A DNA stretch of 63,498 bases, filler included. It is 9 parts of 9 records of this genome, joined end to end, with 100 filler letters (N's around TTAATTAATTAA, not from the genome) between each part and the next. Parts side by side here need not be neighbours in the genome. Positions count along the whole stretch, not along the records: positions 48,903 to 57,788 come from SRR31147125_57842; positions 57,889 to 63,498 come from SRR31147125_58038; 7 more parts are not named here. One strand, written 5' to 3'. Below are positions 54,793 through 63,498 of the stretch, piece after piece; within the stretch, counting starts at the first letter, position 1, and each line of letters opens with the position of its first letter. A program made the translations under genes and the position numbers. Under the pieces are notes generated by a model. It was not told where the DNA came from. It did no database searches and was given only the letters and a program-made list of their open reading frames with translations.

Positions 54793-55965
54793 ATGGCTGT
54801 GTCACGATTCGCCCGGATAGCCCTTACGCTGCTGATCCCTCTCTCCCTGTTTCTGGCCTGGGCGGGAGGGCAGTATCGAACAACGGAAGCGACTATTGAA
54901 CAACTGTCTCATATTAATCATGACATTACCGGTGTAGCCCAGGTCGGCACGAATCTCTACCAGGCGAAAAGCCGGAGCAATCCTGAGCAGACATATTACA
55001 TCGCGCATGCAGATAAGCCCAGCTACGGCGGCCCTTTGCAAGTGGCTGCAGTCGTGGACGGCGCTAAAAAGATTCGCTATACCGCGATCCTCACCAGTTC
55101 GGACACGCGTTCGTACCTTGAAAAAGTTGCAGGTCTCGGAGTCCTGGATGCTTTTGTTGATACGTCGATAGAGCGCGTACCGGAAGTCGATGCGGTGAGT
55201 GGTGCGACGCTTACGTCAACAGCTGTTATAAGGGGGTTCGAACGTGCTGTACAGGAGATAGGGTCGACCGAATTCGGCATGCCGAAAACAATCGAAAAAG
55301 AGCAATCTGCAACACCGGAAACGCTCAAGCTTGCCATGGTCTGCCTCTTCTTTATCGCGGCCTTCACCATAACAACCGGGAAGGTAAAGCAGAAGAGCAG
55401 AGCTCGCGCGCTTCTCCTTGGTGCGTCGGTAGTGATTCTCGGTTTCTGGCTTGGAGCTCAGTTCTCGTTGGCCACGGTTGTTTCCCTGCTCAATGGGTCC
55501 TGGCTGAAAGGTATGGCCACCTACGCTGCGCTGCTCTGCCTGGTGCTGACCCTTCTTGTTTTCCTTGTTACCCGGAAAAACCTTTTCTGCACCTATATCT
55601 GCCCGTTCGGTGCCATCCAGGAAGGGCTCGGGAAAATCACCGGCTGCTCGTCACCGGTACAGGAAAAATGGATGGTCTGGACTGCACGGGCATGGGTGCT
55701 GCTGGTCCTGCTGGCAGCCCTGTACTACAATTCGCCTTCATACGCGATGTACGAACCGTTCGGCAAGGCATTCAACTTTATTGGTTCCGGCATAATCTAC
55801 AGCCTCACCATTCTCGTCATTCTGTCGTCGCTGATGTTCAAGCGGCCGTGGTGCAGGCTCTTTTGTCCGACAACCGTGATGATTTCATACCTGCGTTTTG
55901 CCAGGAAGGCGTGTGTGGAAACACCTGCTCCGCAGAAGGTACAGACGCTCGAGGAGATACAGTAA
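54793..55965 (+). CDS. rdhC: FMN-binding NosR/NirI-like membrane protein
   Basis: SYGGP, flavinylation motif DAVSGATLTS, several TMs, two CxxxCP motifs (CTYICP, CRLFCP). Confidence 0.85.
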   Translation: MAVSRFARIALTLLIPLSLFLAWAGGQYRTTEATIEQLSHINHDITGVAQVGTNLYQAKSRSNPEQTYYIAHADKPSYGGPLQVAAVVDGAKKIRYTAILTSSDTRSYLEKVAGLGVLDAFVDTSIERVPEVDAVSGATLTSTAVIRGFERAVQEIGSTEFGMPKTIEKEQSATPETLKLAMVCLFFIAAFTITTGKVKQKSRARALLLGASVVILGFWLGAQFSLATVVSLLNGSWLKGMATYAALLCLVLTLLVFLVTRKNLFCTYICPFGAIQEGLGKITGCSSPVQEKWMVWTARAWVLLVLLAALYYNSPSYAMYEPFGKAFNFIGSGIIYSLTILVILSSLMFKRPWCRLFCPTTVMISYLRFARKACVETPAPQKVQTLEEIQ

Positions 55966-56189
55966 TGAAAAAATTGTTATCAACTCTTCTCTTTTGCGGT
56001 TTCCTGATTCTCTGCGGATGGGAGGTGGTGCCTAAATTCTATGAATCGGCAACGCGGGAGACCGTGAAACCGCTGTTTGTTGCATCAACGAAAAAACATG
56101 GCCCGGCAGAGAAAAGCGATGCCGTTACAAAACCTCGAGAGATCGATTATCAAAGGCTGACCAGGGATATCAACACGGATGGTGCGTGA
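55965..56189 (+). CDS. small single-TM/exported hypothetical protein
   Basis: TAATG coupling to rdhC, RBS GAGGAG, MKKLLSTLLFCGFLILCGW. Confidence 0.6.
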   Translation: MKKLLSTLLFCGFLILCGWEVVPKFYESATRETVKPLFVASTKKHGPAEKSDAVTKPREIDYQRLTRDINTDGA

Positions 56190-56240
56190 ATTCCCCGGAA
56201 ATATTGATACTGTAGGGAACCTTGAAGTCAGGAGGAGTGC

Positions 56241-57050
56241 GTGAACGTAATTACCATATCAAGATTTTCACAACACTTCGGTGCTGAAGTCGCAGCAGCT
56301 GTTGCCGAACGTTTGAACTATCGATGTATCTCGAAAGAGCTTTTCATCGAAGCGGCCAATCGTTATCAGACGCCTGAAGTCACGCTCATGTCGGCAATCG
56401 ACAAGCCGATTTCGATAATAGACCACCTCATGAACGTCAAAGACAAATACGTTGCCTACATCGGTTCCACACTGCTGAAAAACATGCTTGAAGGCAACGT
56501 GATCTACCAAGGCATGGCCGGGCACCTGTTTGTCGGTGATGTTTTTCATGTCGTCAAAGTGGGAGTTACCGCAGAGAAAAAACATCGGGCAAAAATCCTG
56601 TCAAACGAGCTGGCCGTTGATGAAGGGCAGGCGTTAAAAGAGGTGGAGAAGCGGGACCGCAACAGGCGGCAGTGGGGGCTTAAAATTTTGGGATTTGAAC
56701 CGCAGGATGCCTCCATGCACGACATTATCGTCAATCTCAGCCGTATTTCTCTGGACGACGCGGTCGACATGATTTGCCGGCTGGCCCAATCCCCTGCGTT
56801 TCAGGCAACCCCCGAGTCAATAAAGCATCTGGAAGATCTCTATCTGGCTTCACTGGTGAAAATCGCTCTGATAGATAATTGGCCGGACTGTCGGATAGTT
56901 GCCAGTAGTGGGAGTGTCACGATCAATATTGTAGAAGGACATATACTGGATGAAGAATTTCACGGAGCCGATATCAGGGAAGAGATTTATCTGCTGATAC
57001 GGGATATACAAGGCGTGAAAAACGTCAATGTGAAGATACGTTATTATTAA
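56241..57050 (+). CDS. cytidylate kinase-like family protein with a C-terminal BON-like region
   Basis: VITISR...G.EVA..VAERL.Y, GNVIY.G, D..R..W, HDIIVN. Confidence 0.75.
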   Translation: MNVITISRFSQHFGAEVAAAVAERLNYRCISKELFIEAANRYQTPEVTLMSAIDKPISIIDHLMNVKDKYVAYIGSTLLKNMLEGNVIYQGMAGHLFVGDVFHVVKVGVTAEKKHRAKILSNELAVDEGQALKEVEKRDRNRRQWGLKILGFEPQDASMHDIIVNLSRISLDDAVDMICRLAQSPAFQATPESIKHLEDLYLASLVKIALIDNWPDCRIVASSGSVTINIVEGHILDEEFHGADIREEIYLLIRDIQGVKNVNVKIRYY

Positions 57051-57095
57051 AGGCTACCTAAAGGCACCTTGAACTGCATAAGAGTGGAAATCGTA

Positions 57096-57434
57096 ATGGT
57101 AAGATAATCAGCATCAATCGTACTGCTCGTATCAATGATCGCACTCGGGTCTTCGGGCCTGCTGATGATAGTTCTGAACAGTTATACATTCCAACTGCAG
57201 ATGCATCCCGTTCATGAAATATTTGCTATTTTAATGTGTATATCCGGTTATTTGCATATGTACCTGAATTTCAGGTCCATCAAGAGTTATGTAAAGGATA
57301 AGAAGGTGATCGCCATTGGCTCGGTATTGTCAGCCCTTCTGATTGTTCTCTTCTTCGCCGGCTTTAATAAACCGCTTGATCCTGAGGTCATTCAACAGGT
57401 TGAAATGATATTGTCCCAAATGGAATCAAGATAA
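57096..57434 (+). CDS. small His-containing membrane protein (DUF4405-like) with an in-frame TAA at codon 4
   Basis: ATG GTA AGA TAA TCA... in frame with ORF 57135-57434; SSG, VHE, LH.YLN motifs. Confidence 0.55.
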
Positions 57435-57459
57435 CCACGATCATATATGGAGCTGAACA

Positions 57460-57788
57460 ATGACATTAGAGGACATTCATTCCGTTATTTCGAAGGTTGG
57501 CTGCCTCACGGTTACCACGCTTGACGGCGATACGATGCACAGTCGAATCATCAGTGTTTGCGGAGGCGATGAGGATGGCATTTATTTTCTGACGATGGAC
57601 GTCAAACCGTTCTATCGCCAGCTTAAAAGCAATCCTCAGATTGCCGCCTGCGGTATCTATCCTTCAGGTCGAAAAGAAGGGATCAACAAGGACGGGCAGC
57701 CGTATTGGCCGCCGGGATTTTTCCTGCGAATCAATGGTGAAGCGCGTGAGGTCTCGGCTGAAGAAATAGAGGAGAAGGCCGGGGCAGG
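57460..57788 (+). CDS. pyridoxamine 5'-phosphate oxidase-like flavoprotein, 3' truncated
   Basis: MHSRII, GIYFLT..VKPFYRQLK.NP, LRINGEA. Confidence 0.7.
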
Positions 57789-57888
57789 NNNNNNNNNNNN
57801 NNNNNNNNNNNNNNNNNNNNNNNNNNNNNNNNTTAATTAATTAANNNNNNNNNNNNNNNNNNNNNNNNNNNNNNNNNNNNNNNNNNNN
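57789..57888. other. artificial contig spacer
   Basis: N44-TTAATTAATTAA-N44. Confidence 0.99.
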
Positions 57889-58086
57889 AATATGAACAGA
57901 AGAACAACCAAGGCTTTTTATTTTTTGCAGGTTTTTCTTTACCGTTTCTGCGTCTATATAATTTTTATCCCATGCCGGACTGCATCCATACAAACAATGT
58001 TTGCATTTTGAAGAGCAATAATAATTTGTTACGAGTCCACCGGACCAGAGGGAGCTAATATTTAACGTCGTTACCTGTGAGGGCAT
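57889..58086 (-). CDS. radical SAM protein, 3' truncated
   Basis: TNYYCSSKCKHC (CxxxCxxC). Confidence 0.8.
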
Positions 58087-58125
58087 TCGGATAAAAGATC
58101 CTTTCTCTATAACACATTTTTCGGA

Positions 58126-59401
58126 TTATAAAAGATCTACAATGGAACCAAAATCCGGGTCGAATAATTTTTTATAGAATCGGGTTGCATATCGATCTGT
58201 CATGCCGGCAATATAGTCGCAAAGTAAACGGGCCCGGATGTGTTTGTCTGTTGTTTTGGAACAAATGATATTTCCCACATCTTTGGGTAATAAACATAAT
58301 GAACAATTTTTATTTTCAACATAGTTATTCAACAATGTCACAAACAACCGTTTCAGCATATAATGTCCCTTGTACTCCAACTGGCTGAGTTGTGGTGAAT
58401 TAAAAACAAGGTCCATGGCAATATTTTTGTAAATCGAGCATGCCTTTTTTCGCCGCTGGATCGACAGTGAGTCGATAGAGATAGCGGTTCGTCACATCAT
58501 TCAGAAATGTATCCCGTTTTTCTAATTTACACGATTGTATAAATTGTCCAATCTTCATTCCGAACTGACTTGCAACACTACCACTCCGAATAATATCCAG
58601 AGCGCCGTTAACAACGGCTATTTCCTCGTCGTCTAACTCTGTGTTCTGAGCCCATTTTTCAATTTTTTCAATGGTTATGAATCCGGCTTTGATTCCATCT
58701 ACCATGTCATTCAGAGAATAGCCAGTGTCATCAGCCCAATCCATTATTTGGCACTCAATGCTGCGAAAACCGTTTAAAACTTTGCCCGGTGTCAGCTCAT
58801 GCGGTATTTCTCGTCCTGTAAAAACAAATTCCAGATACGTTTTCTGATCATCATATATATAGTGATTAATCGGATTGTCCCACTGACTAAAGGTGGTCTT
58901 GTATTTAAGAACACTATCAATAAAGGCCCGTGTTGGTTTCATACCTTTGCGTTTATTTTTACTGGAATAAATGGTTTCCGTAAGCATACGTAACGTTTGG
59001 GCATTACCTTCGAATCCACCAAATGGGAGCATCAGAGTATTTAGTATTGTTTCTCCGGCATGACCAAACGGAGGATGTCCCAAATCGTGAGCCAGGCAAG
59101 CCGCTTCCACCAGGTCCGAATCTATATAATAATTTTCTGATAATTCGGGACTCTCTTTGATGAGATAATTACAGATGGATCGACCAATTTGCGCAACTTC
59201 TATGGAATGCGTGAGGCGCGTCCGGTAGAAATCATACTCGCCGGAAAAGAACACCTGGGTTTTTGCCTGCAAGCGTCGAAAAGCAAAACTATGAATAATC
59301 CGGTCCCGATCCTGTTGAAATGGGGTACGATATTCAGATACTCTGTCCTGCAGGCATTCGAAATCAAAGGATTTATAAAACTCATTCGTCATAATGATCA
59401 C
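58126..59401 (-). CDS. dgt: dGTP triphosphohydrolase (frameshift at T6 58445-58450)
   Basis: FQQDRDRIIHS.AFRRLQAKTQV, RTRLTHS.EV, AHDLGHPPFGH.GE, FEGNAQ, DYIAGMTD. Confidence 0.92.
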
Positions 59402-59612
59402 GTTTAATGTTAATAGAATCTGTTATTGTTTATAAAGATTAATTCTTTGTTCAAAAAGTAAAGGATTGCAGATTAAATCACAACAGGTTTATTTGCTGCA
59501 GCCACCATATCCGGATACTTTTAAAAAGCTGAGCAATGATTCTTCATGATAACATCTCCTGCAAGGTCCTGTTGCTGTTTATCGATCTTTCATTCGGTAA
59601 TGACATTTAAAA

Positions 59613-62291
59613 TTAGTCTAAATAAACAATTTCTCCGCTAAATTCGAAACGACCTGTCACCATATCTGTCGTATGCGCATCTGCCCTGCCCGTAAATCCG
59701 GGTTGTTTTCCTCCAACAACTATTTCAAACAAACCGGGTTCAATAATACGACTGAAATTGTTGTTAATAAGAGAGTATTGCCTGGGTGTGAGCGTAAAAC
59801 GGACTGTCTTTTTTTCTCCCGGTTTGAGATAGATCCTTTGCACTCCCTGCAATGAGCGGATCGGCACTGGTACGGAGGCATTTACATCTGTCACGTACAA
59901 CTGGACGACTTCATCTCCGGACAGGCTTCCACTGTTTTCCACATCCACCGAGATGGGTATGTCCTGCTCATATTCCACGCTTTGAGGCAAAGTGAGATTC
60001 GAATAGTGAAATTGAGTGTAGCTCAAACCAAATCCGAATGGATAAAGTGGTTTACCTTCAAAATAGCGGTATGTTCGGCCCTTCATGTTATAATCTTCAA
60101 AAGGTGGTAATTGATCGATAGATTGGTAAAAAGTGACGGGAAGGCGCCCACCCGGATTATAATCGCCAAACAGCACATCCGCAATCGCTTGTCCTGCGGC
60201 CTGTCCCGGATACCAGGCTTCGACAATGGCCGGGATATTTTCGCTGGCCCAATTGATGGCCACAGCACTGCCATTCATAAGAACCAGAACAACAGGCTTA
60301 CCCACACGCTGAATTTTTTTCAAGAGATCCTCTTGCGCAGCCGGCATTTTCAGGTTAAGCCTGTCGCCACCCTTGAATCCATCCACTTTGACTTTCATTT
60401 CCTCGCCTTCCAGTCGTGGCGAGAGCCCCATAACCATAATGACCGTATCCGCCTGTTTGGCTATTTCAATGGCCTCTTTTTCGTAGTTTTGACCCGGTAC
60501 TGCCCAGAGAAGTTTCATTCGAGCATTTCCTGCCCGTTCATAAAATTCAACCTTTATTCTGTATGACCGACCGGCTTCCAATTCAATCGCTTCATATGTT
60601 TTAATCGCCTGGTCTGGACTATTATATTTCACAAAGAGTGAGTCATCGACAAACAGCCTGAATCCATTCAATCCTTCTGCTCCCAGGTGATAAATGCCTG
60701 AAACTGCTGGAACCAGCTCACCAGTCCATCGCACAGCAAAATTATCACTGTCAAAACCATCTGCCGGAGCCTTTTCCCACCAATTGAAATTTATCTGATC
60801 ATCTGTTCGTGTTAAAGCAGGGTCTCCCTCAAAATTCCGATTTTTAAAATATTCTGCTTTTAATCCATTAGTTCTGCTTCCGTTTTTCGTAGTAAACAAG
60901 GCTGTGGTTGGAACAACCTCAAATACGGGTAAATTTTCTGCCCATTCTGTTCCCAAAGCATAAAGCACATTCGTATTCTTTGATACTTTATCCTGAATAC
61001 CTTGTAATGGCGTAATCGGGTTCGAAGGAGTGCCATTATAATTTCCAAGTAACACCTCAACGTCGTTTGCATTGGGTCCGATGACCGCGATCGTGGAGAG
61101 ATCTTTTCGTAGCGGCAGGATATTGTTGTCATTTTTTAACAAAACCATGGATTGATGGGCTGCTTCCAACGCGAATTTTTGATGTCCTTTACTATCCACG
61201 ACACTATAAGGAATGTGAGCAAATGGCACGCGTTTCTCAGGATCAAACATGCCCAGTTTAAACCGCGCCCGGAATAATCTCTTCAGGGATACATCAATCT
61301 CTTCTTCTGTGATAAGACTTTGTTCAACTGCAATTGATAAATTTTTGTACTCGCTTCCACAATTCAAATCTGTGCCGGATTTTACGCTCAGAGCAGCAGC
61401 TTCCGGTGATGTTTTGACGATTTTATGATGTGCAAAGATATCCCGGATGGCCCCGCAATCAGAAACCACATAACCTTCAAATCCCCACTGGTCTCTTAAA
61501 ATATCCTTTAGCAAGGGACTGCTACCGCAGCAGGCTTTTCCCATGTATCTGTTATAAGCACACATGACAGACTGAACATTGGCGTTTATAACCGTCTCGC
61601 GAAAGTGAGGCAGATAGGTTTCCAGTAAATCGCGCATATCTGTTATGGAATCAAATTCATGCCGTCCTTCTTCCGGACCGCTGTGTACGGCATAGTGCTT
61701 GGCTGTGGCTACCAGTTTTAAATACTGAGGATCATCTCCCTGTAATCCTTTTATGAATTCAACAGCCATTTTTCCGGTCAGAAAGGGATCTTCACCATAT
61801 GTTTCCATGCCTCGTCCCCAACGTGGATCCCGAAAGATATTGATATTTGGTGTCCAGAATGTCAGCCCCTGATAAATACCTCTTTTGCCTTTTTTTAAAT
61901 AGGCATGATGTTTTGCTCTGGCTTCATCGGATATAACAGTGGCAACCTGGTGCATAAGATCCGAATTCCAGGTGGCGGCCAATCCAATGGCCTGGGGAAA
62001 AACCGTCGCAAGCCCGGCGCGGCCAACACCGTGAAGGCATTCATTCCACCAGTTATATTCCGGAATATCCAGCCGTTCTATGGCAGGAGCATCATTCACC
62101 ATCTGCGACATTTTTTCTTCAAGCGTCATTCGGGATATTAAATCATCTACCCGTTCTTCAACGGATAAATCTGGATCTTTAAAAGCCTCCTCATAACTGT
62201 CTTTGCCGTTGTTAAAACAGGATAAAAATAGAGACACACCCAGAAAAAGGATCAGGCATAAAAACAGGTTGTGTGAAAAATGATAAATCAT
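59613..62291 (-). CDS. GH3 beta-glucosidase/xylosidase with a PA14 insert, lipoprotein
   Basis: Lipobox LFLSC; WNECLHG, RDPRWGRGMETYGEDP, KHYA, VSDCGA, PA14-like region, C-terminal Fn3-like. Confidence 0.93.
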   Translation of the reverse strand: MIYHFSHNLFLCLILFLGVSLFLSCFNNGKDSYEEAFKDPDLSVEERVDDLISRMTLEEKMSQMVNDAPAIERLDIPEYNWWNECLHGVGRAGLATVFPQAIGLAATWNSDLMHQVATVISDEARAKHHAYLKKGKRGIYQGLTFWTPNINIFRDPRWGRGMETYGEDPFLTGKMAVEFIKGLQGDDPQYLKLVATAKHYAVHSGPEEGRHEFDSITDMRDLLETYLPHFRETVINANVQSVMCAYNRYMGKACCGSSPLLKDILRDQWGFEGYVVSDCGAIRDIFAHHKIVKTSPEAAALSVKSGTDLNCGSEYKNLSIAVEQSLITEEEIDVSLKRLFRARFKLGMFDPEKRVPFAHIPYSVVDSKGHQKFALEAAHQSMVLLKNDNNILPLRKDLSTIAVIGPNANDVEVLLGNYNGTPSNPITPLQGIQDKVSKNTNVLYALGTEWAENLPVFEVVPTTALFTTKNGSRTNGLKAEYFKNRNFEGDPALTRTDDQINFNWWEKAPADGFDSDNFAVRWTGELVPAVSGIYHLGAEGLNGFRLFVDDSLFVKYNSPDQAIKTYEAIELEAGRSYRIKVEFYERAGNARMKLLWAVPGQNYEKEAIEIAKQADTVIMVMGLSPRLEGEEMKVKVDGFKGGDRLNLKMPAAQEDLLKKIQRVGKPVVLVLMNGSAVAINWASENIPAIVEAWYPGQAAGQAIADVLFGDYNPGGRLPVTFYQSIDQLPPFEDYNMKGRTYRYFEGKPLYPFGFGLSYTQFHYSNLTLPQSVEYEQDIPISVDVENSGSLSGDEVVQLYVTDVNASVPVPIRSLQGVQRIYLKPGEKKTVRFTLTPRQYSLINNNFSRIIEPGLFEIVVGGKQPGFTGRADAHTTDMVTGRFEFSGEIVYLD

Positions 62292-62521
62292 TCTTTTCTC
62301 CCGGAAATGTATAAATGGCTAAATTTTTTGGATGAATTTAGATATTAAAAGGTTGTATTGCAACAAATTAATAAAATACATACAAAAGGAACAATTCAAA
62401 CGCTGAAACCCGGATATAACTGTCAATTAGACTGTAATTGCATATATTATTTAACTGCAATCAGTTGTTAATAAACATAGTAAAAAAATACTCTAAGTGT
62501 TAATATAATAATAAGTTGACG

Positions 62522-62555
62522 TCCCCCTTGTCAAAGGGGGATACAGGGGGTTGTC
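62522..62555. repeat. short GC-rich palindromic repeat (REP-like) or terminator
   Basis: TCCCCCTT-GTCA-AAGGGGGA followed by TACAGGGGGTTGTC. Confidence 0.5.
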
Positions 62556-62620
62556 AGCTCCACACTCAATACCCCTTCGATCAAAATATGAAAATGTGTC
62601 GTCCTTGTGCGAACAAAATG

Positions 62621-63498
62621 TTACATTCTTTTATTGACATAAAATGTCGTTCGATCCCTGTTTCCAGCCTCATCTACAACCTCTAATTCATGCCATCCCT
62701 TTGTTAACTCGGCTGCCTTTGTATGCTTGTCTACTGTAGAACCCAGATAATGATCGTCCAGATACCAGTATAATGTCCTGTTCATATCTCTGTGGGCCAC
62801 ATGCATGGTTAATTTTTGCCAGTCACCGGAAAAATCTCTGGGTATCCAAAGAAAAGCATGGTGCTGTGGATATAATATTTGTAGCGGAGAAGTGTTCGAT
62901 TGCGATGGACAGCCGGGTTTATGTTCCGGCATAACACTGACCAGGTGTCCTCTTTCACGCAATAATTGCACGATATCTGGCGGATACTCTAATAGTCGTT
63001 TTTTATAATGCCCCTGTTGCCAGCAAAGTGAACAAACCTGATATTTCCCGTTTTCATCGACATAAATATGATGGTGGTAGGGGCATATCCTGAGCGGTTT
63101 CATAGCCCGGGGACATTCAGCAGTTTCTCTCTTTTCACAATCAGGTCCGGCCAGGAATCCTGTTTCAGTACATATGTCCACTGTTGATAACTCTATCTCC
63201 GGTTTTGTGAACCAACTGTTCTCAGGATTTTTGGGCAAAGAATTAAAGATATCAAACAAAAGAGGTCCGGCACAGCTGGCGCCACCAAGATTGGCGTTTC
63301 CTTCTCCGGTGAAATTGCCCACCCAGACGGCAATGGTCCACTCCGGACTAGTGCCGACAGCCCATGCATCCCGATGACCGTAACTGGTTCCGGTTTTCCA
63401 CGCCAGAGGCCATTGGTTTTGATACTGTTGCCAGTAGTATTCCGCTCCCGGGCGCTTTAATTCCTGCAACATCTCCAAAGTGAGATAACAGGCTCCGG
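62621..63498 (-). CDS. pbpC: penicillin-binding protein 1C, C-terminal part
   Basis: AWKTGTSYG.RDAWAVG, VWVGNF.G, C-terminal YWYLD..YLG...GWH.L.VVDE.G. Confidence 0.9.
   Translation of the reverse strand, partial: GACYLTLEMLQELKRPGAEYYWQQYQNQWPLAWKTGTSYGHRDAWAVGTSPEWTIAVWVGNFTGEGNANLGGASCAGPLLFDIFNSLPKNPENSWFTKPEIELSTVDICTETGFLAGPDCEKRETAECPRAMKPLRICPYHHHIYVDENGKYQVCSLCWQQGHYKKRLLEYPPDIVQLLRERGHLVSVMPEHKPGCPSQSNTSPLQILYPQHHAFLWIPRDFSGDWQKLTMHVAHRDMNRTLYWYLDDHYLGSTVDKHTKAAELTKGWHELEVVDEAGNRDRTTFYVNKRM

Noticed and set aside
57889-59401. dGTPase plus radical SAM as an antiphage nucleotide-depletion system
   Set aside because: Looks like an ordinary dgt among housekeeping genes; the radical SAM gene is too truncated to classify and there is no defence-island context.
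59472-59560. RBS-preceded micro-ORF (MKNHCSAF) on the minus strand upstream of dgt
   Set aside because: Too short, with no supporting features; possibly a gene remnant but unsupported.

Overview
This window is not one chromosome segment. It is nine unrelated contigs joined by identical 100-bp artificial spacers (N44-TTAATTAATTAA-N44), with visibly different base composition, so most likely a metagenome from an anoxic habitat. Gene context only holds within a fragment. Many genes are split by single-base losses in homopolymer runs, probably sequencing error. Fragments: (1) 1-7306, prophage-like lysis/packaging/head module (SLT lysin tail, HTH terminase small subunit, terminase large subunit, HK97 portal, protease, capsid) followed by a secreted protein and REP-like palindromes. 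(2) 7407-15569, lysine catabolic operon (pcd, lat, FAD-linked 2-hydroxyacid dehydrogenase, and a 450-aa protein carrying the motifs of the 2-oxoadipate dioxygenase HglS/DUF1338), plus HD-GYP and amtB. (3) 15670-20761, rex-hydCBA [FeFe]-hydrogenase operon with promoter and Rex box. (4) 20862-28942, ruvC-yebC-rlmE-CCA enzyme, dus, patB, hybrid kinase. (5) 29043-36552, lhr, PPi-type PFK, deleted rbsK, Ser-type sulfatase. (6) 36653-43491, hexokinase-GPH symporter-PIG-L deacetylase and an AAA-LuxR regulator. (7) 43592-48802, CIRCE-hrcA-grpE-dnaK, a sortase-anchored protein and an IS150-like end. (8) 48903-57788, sigma54-controlled TPR-rdhA-rdhB-rdhC reductive dehalogenase cluster. (9) 57889-63498, radical SAM, dGTPase, GH3 glucosidase, PBP1C. 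Best leads: the divergent HglS-like lysine pathway, the dehalogenase locus with its regulatory architecture, and the possibly domesticated phage head module. All calls come from motif recognition by eye; no searches were run.
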